Shown here: positions 11,997-22,968 of the stretch, piece after piece
Layout of the letters: the number at the start of each line of letters is the position of its first letter
Numbering within the stretch: position 1 is the first letter of the stretch
From: Rebecca billardiae RCC1528
Lineage: Eukaryota > Protista > Haptophyta
NCBI GenBank assembly: GCA_965240325.2
Contig: OZ251245.1
Coordinates: forward strand, 1,339,883-1,403,882
Length of the DNA: 64,000 nt
Direction: 5' to 3'
The notes under the pieces: generated by a model
The model's input: the letters and a program-made list of their open reading frames with translations, nothing else
Database searches by the model: none
Told to the model about the DNA's origin: nothing
Position numbers and translations under genes: made by a program

Positions 11997-13178
11997 TCAG
12001 CCGCGTCGCGGCGGCACTAACCGCGGCCAGCGCCAGGGCACGCGCGGCAGCGCGCCGCAGCGCCGCGCCTGCGCGCGCCGCAGCGTCGGCCGCGCGCGCT
12101 TGGAGTCCTCGAGCGCCGCCGCGACCGCGAGCCGCGGCGTGATCGGCGTCGCCGCCTCCTCGTCGAGGTCGGGCAGCCGGCGGCCGGCGCACACCGGCGC
12201 GCACGCGCGCGCCAGCGCCGTGCGCAGCTCGCGCGCGCACCCGAAGTCGATGGCGAGCAGCCGCGCGCGCCCCGCGGCGGGCCCCGCCTCGATCGCGGCC
12301 ATCAGCACGTGCTTCAGCGCCTTCTCCCCCGCCGCGCGCAGCTCCGGCGCGCGCTGCCGCGCCTCGGGCACGTCGAACACCAGGTTGCGGTCGTGCCAGT
12401 CGCCGTGCTCGATCCCGGCCGCAAAGAGCGCCGCCTGCACGCGGCCCGCCTCCTGGCGCCACGCGCGCACGAGCGGCGCGTCGAGGGTGGAGGGGTCGAT
12501 CCGCCAGCCGTTGCGCTCGTCGGGCACGCCGCGTTGCCGCCGCGCGTCGCGCGAGTGCCAGAAGAGCAGCCGCAGGAGCGTGGGGCCGCACAGCTTGTCC
12601 ATCGCGATCAGGCCGTGCACGGCCGCCCCGAACGAGGGGCTGCGGTGGGCGTTGAGCACGCGCGGCGCGCAGCCCTCCGTGGACGCGCGGTCCTGCAGCG
12701 CGACCTCGCGGTCGAACGCGGCGGCCGACTGCCAGCTGCCCACCTTGAGCACGATGTCGTCGAGGCGCACGCGCGCCGCGCGCGCGCCCTCCGCCGCCGC
12801 CTCCTCGCTGAAGGCGTAGATGCGGGCAAACGCGCCGCGCCCGATCTCCACGGCGCCCACCGCCGCCGCGCCGCCCTTGGCGTTGAGCGCGGCGTGGATG
12901 TCGGCGCCCGGGCTGTCGGGCGAGTAGGGCGGCTCGAAGGCGCGCCGCCCGCCCGGCGCGAGGGGCTGCGGCTGCACCCACTCGGCGAGCAGGCCGCGCA
13001 CGGACGCGAGCGTCGGCGGCGCGTCCGCCGGCTCGGCGCCGCCGACGGCGCTGAGGAAGGGGTGGCCGTGGTGCGGGCGCAGCGGGGGCGAGGCGGAGCT
13101 GGGCGAGGAGGAGTTGCGCCGGGAGGGCGCCGCGCTGCTCGGCGCCGTCGTCGGCGCGGAGGCGAGCTTCGAGCGCAT
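11997..13178 (-). CDS. Atypical protein kinase-like protein
   Basis: Gly-loop IGRGAFARIY, VLKV lysine, REVALQ helix-C Glu, catalytic loop HGDWHDRN, and LLAIDFG. Confidence 0.75.
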   Translation of the reverse strand: MRSKLASAPTTAPSSAAPSRRNSSSPSSASPPLRPHHGHPFLSAVGGAEPADAPPTLASVRGLLAEWVQPQPLAPGGRRAFEPPYSPDSPGADIHAALNAKGGAAAVGAVEIGRGAFARIYAFSEEAAAEGARAARVRLDDIVLKVGSWQSAAAFDREVALQDRASTEGCAPRVLNAHRSPSFGAAVHGLIAMDKLCGPTLLRLLFWHSRDARRQRGVPDERNGWRIDPSTLDAPLVRAWRQEAGRVQAALFAAGIEHGDWHDRNLVFDVPEARQRAPELRAAGEKALKHVLMAAIEAGPAAGRARLLAIDFGCARELRTALARACAPVCAGRRLPDLDEEAATPITPRLAVAAALEDSKRARPTLRRAQARRCGALPRVPWRWPRLVPPRRG

Positions 13179-14671
13179 CGCGTGCGCTCGGCCGTTCGTG
13201 TAATCGTGTGTGGGGCCTTGATGGCTGGCTGGGCGGCTTCAGGGCCAAGTCTTGCTCGTCAACGAAACGCGGCCGTTCGGCTGATCCGTTTTCACTATGC
13301 GGACGAATTCCGTTACCCGCGGCACATAGGGAAGCGCACGCTTGGGTAGCGGAACTTGTAGCTGCGCCGCCCAAAACTTGAGTGCTTCCGAAGCCGCCCA
13401 TAGGACCAAAAGCGGACTCGATTACTCGAACGTCATGAACGGGATGAATGCATGAGTAACCGTGATATCAGAAAGTACTCACGTTGGCGCCCTGCTTTTC
13501 TTTTTCCGCGGGGGGGGGCACGTCCGTTTCGACGGGACGGCCGCCCCCGCGGCTTTGCGTAGCATCAAGGAGAGTCCGGAAAATGGAATCCGGGGACGCT
13601 CTTCAACTCGCGGGGGGCCCTGTTTGACGGCCGCGCCGAGCACCCGAGCGTCTCGACCCGCGCCTCGTGTGTCACCTCGCATTTGGCGGGGCGCGCGCGG
13701 AGCGCGCCGCGAGTGGGCGCGTCGGCCCGTACGCTCGGAGCCCCGGGGGACTTTCGCCCGAGCGCGCCGCGCCGCGCCCGTTGCGCCGCGCTGCGTCGTG
13801 CGCCGTGCACACGTTCGGCTCGGCTCGGGTGCCGAGCGCCGTCGACGAGCGGGAAGAGCTCCAGGGGCGGGTGCGCTGGCGCGGGCGGGGTGTGGAGGCA
13901 CGATGTGGGAGTCTACCTCTCGTACCGGGCGCGCGCGCCCGCTCGGCGCCGTCGCTTCGCGCGGCCGTAGGCGTCCAAGCGTCGATGGTTTGGCCTCGAG
14001 AACCGCTAGAAGGGGGGCTGCCTGCCGCAAGCGACGCGGGTAACGATTGACGAGACCGAGCACGCATCTGACGAGACCGAATACGCACCAGGCGGCACGC
14101 GCAACGGCCCAGCACATTGAACATGGAGGCTCGATGGCCGCGCGCCGCGCGCTCATCAGGCGGGGCGCGCGCACGGAGTCCGCCGCGCGTGGGGGCCTCA
14201 GGCCCCCGGGAGAAGCAAGCGCGGCATCGCCGCGCCGTGCCCGCGCCACGGCATACGTCCAACGACCCAGGTGCGACCGCGCACGCTGCGCGCTATGCGG
14301 CACTCTGGGGCGGATGGTCATGGTGCGCGCGCCGCGCGCGGGGGCTGCATGTGGAGGCGGGCGGTGGTTGTCCGGCTCGCTCGCCGCGCGCGCGCGTCGC
14401 CCTGCGTTACGCTATGAACTCTTTGTGCGCGCACGGTGCGGATGCTGCACGAGTAAGCCACGGTGCTTAGTGTCACGGTCTTGGTCCGCACTCACTCCAC
14501 TGTCTCGCCGCGCCAGCACGTTGCGGCTGCAGCAGCCGCAGCTCACGGGACCAATGATGCCAGGTGTCAAATCTGAATCGGCAGGGAAGCGGAAGGAGCG
14601 CGCCACCTAGCGTGCGGCTCGTGCTGGAGGGCGGCCCGGTCGGACGCACTACTCTGTACAGACGCCCGTTA

Positions 14672-14901
14672 CGGCCGTGCTGGTGAGGGGGCCGTAGGTG
14701 GTCAGGTGCCGTGACCACTCAGTCACAGGTCTGGCCAGGCTTCAGCGCCGCACGATGACCCCGGCTGGTCGTCATCGGCCGTGCTGGTGAGGCGGGCCGT
14801 ACGGGTGGTCAGGTGCAGTGACCACTCAGTCACTGCCAGTCACAGGTCTGGCCAGGCTTCACTCGCCTTCAGCGCCGCACGATGACCCCGGCTGGTCGTC
14901 A
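14672..14901. repeat. Two-copy tandem duplication (~104 and ~126 bp units)
   Basis: CGGCCGTGCTGGTGAGG...GTGACCACTCAGTCAC...AGGTCTGGCCAGGCTTCA...GCGCCGCACGATGACCCCGGCTGGTCGTCA starts at 14672 and again at 14776; the second copy has small internal duplications. Confidence 0.9.
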
Positions 14902-15173
14902 CTCAGTCTCCTCAACAGATGCCCGGTCGGCTAAGTTGGTCTAAATGGTCACCGTCACCGTGTCGGTTTCAGACAGTGAGTTGTGAGAGTGGTAGCCAGT
15001 CAGTCTGCCACTTGCCACCGTAGTGCCAGCAAGGGTGCCAGTCACCGGTGAGGATATCGTTTGCGTAGCACGGCCGGGGCCGCGGATCTTTTTCCTCGAG
15101 TTATCCTCGTCGCTTTTTATTTCGGGCGACACGCGCCCACGCCCGGACGCGCGTGGCCACGCCAGCCAGAACG

Positions 15174-16259
15174 ATGTCGGCCACGAAGCTGCTCACGCGC
15201 AAGCGCTCGAGGCGCGCGGCGGCGGGTGGCGAGGAGGACGGCGCGGACCTTGCGCCCGCCGCGCTGACGAAGCGCGCGCCCGGCCGCCGGCGCAAGCTGC
15301 TCGCGCTCATCTCGCACGGCGCCACCTCCAAGTTTGCGACGCTGCTCTCTGATTGGCTGAGCGTGCTGCCGCACGCGCGCAAGGACTGCAAGCTGGACCA
15401 GAAGGACCGGCTCGACGCGATCAGCGAGATGGCCGAGCTCGCGGGGTGCGACCGCGCCATCTTCTTCGAGGTGCGCCGCGCCGCCCCCCCCGCCCCGTCC
15501 GGTGCCGCGTGGGCCGCGTGGGCCGGCGCGGGCAGCATCGCTCACGCGCGCGCGCGGCGCGGCGCGGCGCCGATCTGGCGCGCGGCGCAGGTGCGCAAGC
15601 ACTCGGACCTGTACCTGTGGATGGGCGCGGTGCCGCACGGGCCGTCGGTGAAGTTCCACGTGCAGGGCGTGCACACCATGGACGAGCTCTCGCTCACGGG
15701 CAACTGCCTCAAGGGCTCGCGCGCCGTCGTGTCGTATGGCGCAGGCTTTGGCGAAGGCGCCGCGCCTCACCTGCGGCTGGTGCGCGAGCTGCTGACGCAG
15801 ACGTTCAGCGTGCCCGAGGGGCACCCGCGCTCGAAGCCGTTCGTCGACCACGTGCACCACTTCGACCTCGACCCGAAGGGGCGCATCGCCTACCGCCACT
15901 ACCAGATTGCGCCGGCGACGGGCGCGACGGCGGCGGCGGCGGCCGCCGCCGCCGCCGCCACGGGCGGCGGCGCCAAGGGCGGGCGCGGCGCGCAGCAGCA
16001 GCAGCAGCAGATGCTCGTCGAGATCGGGCCGCGGTGCACGCTCACCGTGATGCGCGTGTTCGGCGGCGCGTTCGGCGGGCAGACCCTCTACTCCAACGCC
16101 GGCTTCGTCTCGCCCAACATCGTCCGCTCGGAGCTGCGCAAGCGCGTGGGCGATGCGTACGCAGACAAGCTCAAGCAGCGCGGCGCGCGGCAGCGGCGGC
16201 ACGCGGCGCCCGAGCGGCAGGTGGCGGAGGACCCGGTGGCGGCGGTCTTCAAGGAGTGA
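15174..16259 (+). CDS. BRX1: Ribosome biogenesis protein BRX1 (Brix domain); one intron 15471-15590
   Basis: LPHARKDCKLD, FFE|VRKHSDLYLW after splicing, PHGPSVKF, HTMDELSLTGNCLKGSR, SKPFVDHV, LVEIGPR, FGGQTLYSN. The intron is GTGCGC...GCGCAG, 120 nt and in frame. Confidence 0.95.
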   Translation: MSATKLLTRKRSRRAAAGGEEDGADLAPAALTKRAPGRRRKLLALISHGATSKFATLLSDWLSVLPHARKDCKLDQKDRLDAISEMAELAGCDRAIFFEVRRAAPPAPSGAAWAAWAGAGSIAHARARRGAAPIWRAAQVRKHSDLYLWMGAVPHGPSVKFHVQGVHTMDELSLTGNCLKGSRAVVSYGAGFGEGAAPHLRLVRELLTQTFSVPEGHPRSKPFVDHVHHFDLDPKGRIAYRHYQIAPATGATAAAAAAAAAATGGGAKGGRGAQQQQQQMLVEIGPRCTLTVMRVFGGAFGGQTLYSNAGFVSPNIVRSELRKRVGDAYADKLKQRGARQRRHAAPERQVAEDPVAAVFKE

Positions 16260-16938
16260 GGCGGCGCGCGGCGTGCGCGCGGCGCAGCCGACCGGCAGCG
16301 GCAGGAAGCGCGCGCCTCCGCCTCGGCGCCTCCGTCACCCGTCAGCCCGCGGGCGCAGCGGGCGGCCCCTCCGTCGACGGGCGGCGCGGGCGGCGGCGGG
16401 CTCTCGCGCTGCCGCAAGTGCCGGCGCAGTGAGCGGCGCGGCCGCATCCCCGCCAGCCCCGGGGTAGCCCGCCGCCGATGATGCGCGTGGTGGCGCCGGC
16501 GCGCGGTAGCACGACCGCCGGACGACGGCTGCTGCACGCGGGTCGCGGTCTTGCTGCCGGCGGCCGGGAGCATCAAGTATCAACTCTGAGCTCACTGCTG
16601 CTCGACGCGCGCGCGATTCGTTGTGGCGCGGCGACTGCTGCGCGCGCGCTGCATCACTGAGGCGGTCATATCAGACACGCCGGCGGGCCGCGGCGTGCGC
16701 CGGCGTCGTCGATCGCGTCGGCGCTTATATACATCGTCGCGCGTTCGCGGACGTATAGTAGTCGCGACGATATGATATATATACTATATACGAGTATACG
16801 GCGGCGCCGCGCCGCGCCAGACGCCGCCGTGTAGACTACTATACGGAGTAGACGAGAGAGAGAGAGCTGACGAGAGCTCATATCAGACGAGAGGGCGCGC
16901 AGTAGCATCATCGTCGTCCGACGCCGCCGTCAGCGGCG

Positions 16939-19062
16939 TCAGGCCGCGCTGGCTCCGCGGCCCGGACTAGCGGATGCCACGGTAGTGGGCGCAGCCTGCG
17001 GCGCGCGGAGCGGCGCGAGCACCCAGCGCGTTGCCGCTGCCACCGAGGCGGCGCGTTCCGCGTGCCGCTCGGCGGGCGCGCCCTCCGCCACCAGGGCCGC
17101 GGCCGCCGGGGCCAGCAGCCGCGCGGAGGCCGAGGGCGGCGGCGCGCCGCCCGGCGCTCGCAGCCACCACCGCCACCGCCACTGCCACGCGACACGCGGC
17201 GGTGTGGCGGGCTCGTCGGCGTGTGCGCCCGGTCTGGGCACCGCCGGCGTGCTGCCGTCGCCCGCCCCCGCCTCCGCCGCCGCCGCCGCCTCCGCCATCG
17301 CCTCGGCCCGGCCGATCGGCGCGCCCGGCGCGAGCGCGGGCGCGCGCTCCCCCTGCGGCGCCCGCGCGGAGGTGGCAGGTGTGGAGGTGGCAGGTGTGGG
17401 GTGCTGGCTGTAGCGGTATGCGCCGTGCTCGGCCGCGCTGTCCACCGCGGGGCCGCACGCGTCCGCGCCGGCGGCGTCGGCGCGCGGCGCGCCCGGCGCG
17501 CCGCTCGCGTGCAGCACGAGCGCCGCGCGCCACGCGGCGTACACCGGGTCCCACAGCGCGAGCGCGGGCGGCAGCAGCGGGCCGTGCACGCGCGCCACCG
17601 CCGAGAGCGCGCACGCGCCTCCGAGCAGGCAGCGCAGCGCGACGGAGGAGGCGCCGGCGGTGGGCCCGAGCGTGAAGGAGTGCGCGAGGTCGAGCAGCCG
17701 GAAGAGGCGCGGCAGCCGCACCGACGCGTGCGTCGCGAGCACGCCGGTGAAGAGCAGCCGGCGCAGCGCATAGTCCGCGCCCAGCGCGGCGCACGCAGAC
17801 GCCGTCACGCGCGTGGCCCACGTGCGCTGCCGCAGCGGCGCGCACAGCAGGCTGAAGGCGAGCGCGCTGCCCGCGGCGCTCACGGCGGCGAAGGCGATGG
17901 CGGTGGTGGCCGCGCAGCACGCGACGAGGTAGAGCGCCCAGTACAGCGAGAACGCGCTGTCGGGCGGCCCGGCGCGCGCGAGCGCCGCCGAGCCCGGCGG
18001 TTGGCGCTGCTGCTGCCGCCGCGCGCGGCCGAGCGCGCGCCACGCGGCCGCCTTCCAGCCGAGCTCGTTCGCGGCGGCGGCGAGCGCGCCGAGGCGGAGG
18101 GAGGGCGCGAGCGCGCGCGCGGCGGGGAGCGCGGCGGCGCGCAGGAGCCGCTCGCCCCGCGCGAGCACCTCCTGCGCCGCCGCCGGCGCGCGCGCCGCCT
18201 CGAGCGCCACGCGCGCCGCGCGCAGCTGCTCGAGCGCGCCGCCCACCGCCGCCTCGGCGCGCGCGCTCGCCGCGCTCGCCGCGACGAGCTGCGCGCACAG
18301 CGCGACGGCGAGCGTGGCGGCGGAGAGCGCGGCGGCGATGAGCAGCCGGAGGGGCCAGTGCGGCCGCGGCTGCGCGTCGCGCGGCGGCTCGCTGCCGCGC
18401 GCCACCTCGACGGGCAGCTCCGCCGCCGTCCAGTCCGCCGCGCACCGCGCGCCGCGCGCGCACGCGTCCGCGCGCTCGCGCGCCGCGCCGCCGCGCCGCG
18501 CCGCCGGCCGGTCGAAGAGGAGGAGGCGGAGGACGAGCGCGAGCACGGCGGCGAAGGAGAGCGCGTCGAACACCGCGAGCATCGTCGCGACGACGCTCGC
18601 CGGCGTCGGCGCCGCGCTCGCGCCGCGCGCGGCGCACGCGCGCAGCTCGGCGCCCGCGGCGACGGCGAGGCCGGCCGCGTACGGCAGCGCGAGCACGCGC
18701 CAGTAGCGGCCGTGCCAGCGCGAGTTGGCGAGGCCGAGGATGCAGGCGAACGGGAGCGCCTGCGAGAGGTCCGTCAGCGCGTACAGCAGCCGGCCCACGC
18801 GCCGGCCGAACGCGCCGCCGCCCAGCGCGTGCGGCGCGCGGCACACGGGCACGCTCGCGCCGACCGCGGCCGAGAGCACAAACGCGTACGCCTTGAGCGA
18901 GAGGCCGGCGAAGACGAGGACGGCGAGGGCGCGCGAGTGGCAGCCGCGCCCGCTCACGAGGTCGAGGGGCACGGGGCACCGGCCGTCCACCCACGCCACG
19001 GCGCGCTTGACGGCGCGCAGCGTGGTGAAGCCCTCGTGTCGATCCCTTCGTCCCGCATCCAT
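16939..19062 (-). CDS. STRA6-like (RBP-receptor family) multi-pass membrane protein
   Basis: Multiple hydrophobic helices. PHWPLRLLIAAALS and RCLLGGACALSAVARVHGPLLPPALALWDPVYAAWRAAL resemble, from memory, the conserved STRA6 segments ([48 protein letters not shown]). First ATG at 19062. Confidence 0.62.
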   Translation of the reverse strand: MDAGRRDRHEGFTTLRAVKRAVAWVDGRCPVPLDLVSGRGCHSRALAVLVFAGLSLKAYAFVLSAAVGASVPVCRAPHALGGGAFGRRVGRLLYALTDLSQALPFACILGLANSRWHGRYWRVLALPYAAGLAVAAGAELRACAARGASAAPTPASVVATMLAVFDALSFAAVLALVLRLLLFDRPAARRGGAARERADACARGARCAADWTAAELPVEVARGSEPPRDAQPRPHWPLRLLIAAALSAATLAVALCAQLVAASAASARAEAAVGGALEQLRAARVALEAARAPAAAQEVLARGERLLRAAALPAARALAPSLRLGALAAAANELGWKAAAWRALGRARRQQQRQPPGSAALARAGPPDSAFSLYWALYLVACCAATTAIAFAAVSAAGSALAFSLLCAPLRQRTWATRVTASACAALGADYALRRLLFTGVLATHASVRLPRLFRLLDLAHSFTLGPTAGASSVALRCLLGGACALSAVARVHGPLLPPALALWDPVYAAWRAALVLHASGAPGAPRADAAGADACGPAVDSAAEHGAYRYSQHPTPATSTPATSARAPQGERAPALAPGAPIGRAEAMAEAAAAAEAGAGDGSTPAVPRPGAHADEPATPPRVAWQWRWRWWLRAPGGAPPPSASARLLAPAAAALVAEGAPAERHAERAASVAAATRWVLAPLRAPQAAPTTVASASPGRGASAA

Positions 19063-19300
19063 CGTGCCCACCGGCACGGGCGGGTCGTTTGCTCGTTCGC
19101 GCGCCTGTCCGGGGGGGCTTCATCAGCGCCACACGGACACCGCCAAGGCGCCCGGACCCGGCCCAGGCCGCGTCGCCGCCCTGCTCCGTCGTGCCAGGGC
19201 GAGGGCGAGAGAGCCACCCCCGCACTCCGCAGCGGCAGCGCGTGCCTCGTTCGGCGCAGCGCCCCCCCGTGCGAGCAGCCGCCGCCCACCCGCGCGCGCC
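19063..19300. promoter_or_regulatory. Putative bidirectional promoter (STRA6-like / eIF3c)
   Basis: Divergent ATGs 238 bp apart. Confidence 0.45.
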
Positions 19301-19877
19301 ATGTCAAAGTTCTTCGCCGCCGGCTCGTCCTCGGACGAGAGCGAGTCCGAGGACGAGTCGATCTCGTCCGAGGAGGACGAGCAGCGGCCGCAGCAGTCGG
19401 CGCCGCTCGGCCGCGCCGCCTTCCTCAAGTCGGACTCGGAGGACTCGGAGGACGAGGGCCCGCGCGTGGTCAAGTCCGCGCGGGACAAGCGGTGGGAGGC
19501 GATGCTCGCGACGATCAAGGGCATGCGCAACCACCTCAAGATCGGCGACTGGAACGGGCTCGTCTCCGACTACGACACGCTGCACCGGCAGCTCACCAAG
19601 GCGAGCGCGATCGTCGCCAAGGAGGGGCTGCCCAAGTTCTACCTCAAGGCGCTGCTGATGGTCGAGGCGCACACGAACAAGACGCTCGAGGACAAGGACG
19701 TCAAGAAGAAGATGTCCCCGACCAACGCCAAGTCGCTCAACTCGATGAAGCAGAAGATCCGCAAGACGACGCGAGAGCCCGAGCTCGAGGCGCCGCTCGC
19801 CGAGCTGCGCGCGAGCAGCTTCAACGCGCTCAAGGACGACCCGCTCGACGACGACGACGACGACGACGACGACTGGC

Positions 19878-19915
<38 letters not shown>

Positions 19916-22469
19916 TCCTCCTCTGAGGACTCGGACGCGGGCGCGCCGCCCAAGGGCGCCAAGCCCAAGCCGCCCAAGCCCGCCAAGCCGCCCAAGCCGT
20001 CGGCCGAGGAGAAGAAGGCGCAGGCGGCGGCGCTGAGCGCGGCGGAGAAGCAGGAGCAGATCGAGCGCGACGTCGACAAGCGCCTCGACGAGCTCCTCGC
20101 CATGCGCGGGCGCAAGGGCACCGACCGGCAGGGCCAGGCGCGCACGCTGCGTGAGCTGCACGGCCTCACGGAGCGCCCCACCAAGAAGCTCGAGCTGCTG
20201 CTCCACCTCGTCACGGCGTACTTCGACATGAACGCGAACATGCTCACGCTGATGAGCCACGCGAACTGGACGGCCGCCTTCGACACGCTCACCGCCGCCG
20301 TCGACGCCGTCGTCGCCGACCCGACGCTCGAGCGCTCGGCGGTCGTCGGCGACGCGCCGTCGGCGCCCGCGCCGCCGCCCGCGGACGGCGCGGAGGAGGG
20401 CGAGCTGGACGAGGCCGACGCGGAGGCGGCGGCGGCGGCGGCGGCGGACGCCGAGTCGTCGGCGGCGCTGCGGCTGTCGAACGTGTCGGCCAACCTGCTC
20501 GCCTTCGCCGAGCGCCTCGACGACGAGTACTACAAGGCGCTGCAGCAGCAGCCCTTCACCGAGGGCGCGGCCGTCTCTGTCTCCGAGTCGGGCGACAAGA
20601 CGACCTACCTCGCTCGGCTGCGCGACGAGCCGCGGCTGGTGCGGCTGCTGACGGGGCTGCTCGAGTACTTCAAGTCGGCGGGCGCGGGGAAGCCGGCCAA
20701 CCTCCCCGCCGCCGCGCGCGTCGGCGCGCGCATCATCGAGCGCGTGTACTACAAGGCGCAGTCCACCTTCGACGCGCAGTGGGCGGAGGCGAAGCGGCGG
20801 CGCGCGCTGCTGGCGCAGCAGGAGGCCGCGGCCAAGCACGCGGGCGACGAGGCGGGCGCGCAGGCGGCGGCGGCGGCGGCGGCGTCGATCGTGGACCCCG
20901 AGGTGGTGAACGTCTCCGCGCGCATCGAGGAGCTCACCGCCCTCGTCTACGCCGAGGCGGACGAGCGCTCCAAGACGCGCGCGCTGCTGTGCCACGCCTT
21001 CCACCACGCGCGGCACGAGCGCTTCACGGTGTCGCGCGACATGCTGCTGATGAGCCACCTGCAGGACAGCATCGGGTACTCGGACGTGAGCACGCAGATC
21101 CTGTACAACCGCGCGATCGTGCGCGTCGGCATCGCCGCCTTCCACCACGGCCAGTACGCCGAGTGCGCCGCCGCGCTCGGCGAGATCGTCGGCGCCAACC
21201 GGCAGCGCGAGCTGCTGGCGCAGGGGCTGTCGTCCGCGCGCTACAACGAGCGCAACGCCGAGCAGGAGAAGCTCGAGCGGCGGCGGCAGGTGCCGTTCCA
21301 CATGCACATCTCGCTCGAGCTGGTGGAGGCGTGCTTCCTCGTCTCCACGCTGCTGCTCGAGCTGCCGCTCCTCTGCGCGCAGCGCGCCTCGCCCAAGCGG
21401 CGCGTGCCCATGTCCAAGGCGCTGCGCCGGCTGCTGGACGCGTACGACCGGCTCGTCTTTGCCGCGCCCGCCGAGCACCTGCGCGAGCACGTGATGGCGG
21501 CGGCGCACCTGCTGCTCGACGGGCAGTGGCGGCAGGCGAGCGCCACCATCACCACGCTGCCCGCGTGGGACCAGATGAGCGAGCCGAGCAAGACGCGCGC
21601 GATGCTGCAGGGTGCGTGGCGCGCGCTCGCGTGCGCGCTCACGCCCCCCGTCTGTGGCGCCTCACGCCCCCCGTCTGTGGCGCGCGCACACACACGCGCG
21701 CGCTGTTGCCGCGTGCAGCCCGGCTGCAGGAGGAAGGGCTGCGCGCGTACCTGCTCACCTTCGCCACGGCGTACTCGACGGTGAGCGTGGCGCAGCTCGC
21801 CGAGCGCTTCGAGCTGCCCCCGCCCAAGGTGCACGCCGTCGTCTCCAAGATGCTGCACGCGGACGAGCTGCCGTGCGCGCTGTGGGACGGGCCTTCGGGC
21901 GCACTCGCGGTCGCGGCCAACACCGAGCCGAGCGCGCTGCAGCAGCTCGCCATCTCGCTGGCGGACAAGGCGTCGCAGCTCGTCGAGAGCAACGAGCGGC
22001 TGCTCGACGCGCGCACGGGCGGGTGCGCGCCGCGCGCGCGCCGAGCGCCGACGGCCCCGCGCCGCCCCGCGCGCCGCCCGCGCCGCCGCCGCCGAGCTCA
22101 GCAGCCGCGACCACGCGCGCGCCCCGCCCCGTGCGCGCGCGCGCGTGCAGCTACGGGTACAAGTACGACATCAAGCCGCCGTGGGGGCAGCGCGGCGGCG
22201 ACGGTGGCAACCGCGGTGGCTGGGGCGGCGAGCACGGCGGGCGCGGCGGCGGCGGCGGCGGCGGCTACGGCGGGCGCGGCGGCGGCGGCGGCTACCGCGG
22301 CGGCGGCGGTGGCTACCGCGGCGGCGGCAGGGGCGGCGGCGGCGGCGGCTACGGCGGGCGCGGGCGCGGCGGCGACCGGCAGCAGCAGCAGACGTACGGC
22401 GCGCGCGACCAGCGCAGCGGCTACGGCGGCGGCGGCGGCGGCGGCGGCGGGCGCTACCAGCGCTACTGA
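19301..22469 (+). CDS. EIF3C: Translation initiation factor eIF3 subunit C; introns 21612-21718 and 22023-22150
   Basis: MSKFFAAGSSSDESESE, RVVKSARDKRWE, KKKMSPTNAKSLNSMKQKIRK, RGRKGTDR, RDMLLMSHLQD, QILYNR, RRQVPFHMHISLEL. Spliced junctions give MLQ-A-RLQEEGLRAYL and DARTG-G-YGY, followed by an RGG-rich tail; TGA at 22467-22469. Confidence 0.96.
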
Positions 22470-22968
22470 GCGCCCGCGCCCGCAATGCGCCCGCGCCCAG
22501 CCGGGCAGCCGCGCGCCGCCCGCTCCGGCTTGGCCCGGACGACTGGCGGCCGCGCGTCGGGCCGCCGGCCGCACGCGGACGACTGCGCCGGCTTCGTTCG
22601 CGCGGCGCGTGATGACCAACGCGCTACGACTGTGATGATGACCATCAGCGCTCGCACGCCAGGCCACGGCCGCGGCTCTTGAGCAGTGTGCTCGCCCGTG
22701 CGCCTCGGCTGAAGTGACGCACTGAAGCATGCGATCGCGAGCGGCGCGGAAAAACAAATAAACTATACGGCCCACGGCCCGCCCTGGTGTTGTACAGTTT
22801 ACCGGATAAGAATAAGAGACGCACACAGCTCATCTTATTCTTAGTACCGTGTTCAGTGTTGTACAAGTCGTTGCCACTGCCACTGGTTGGACGTCGTCCC
22901 TCCGACCCGCCTTCGCGAGCCTCCGACCCCGCCTCCGCCGTCCATTGCACGCTCATCAATCACGCCCG

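Noticed and set aside
18725-19300. N-terminal extension of eIF3c in the ORF track
   Set aside because: The conserved eIF3c start MSKFF is at 19301; the upstream part overlaps the divergent STRA6-like gene.
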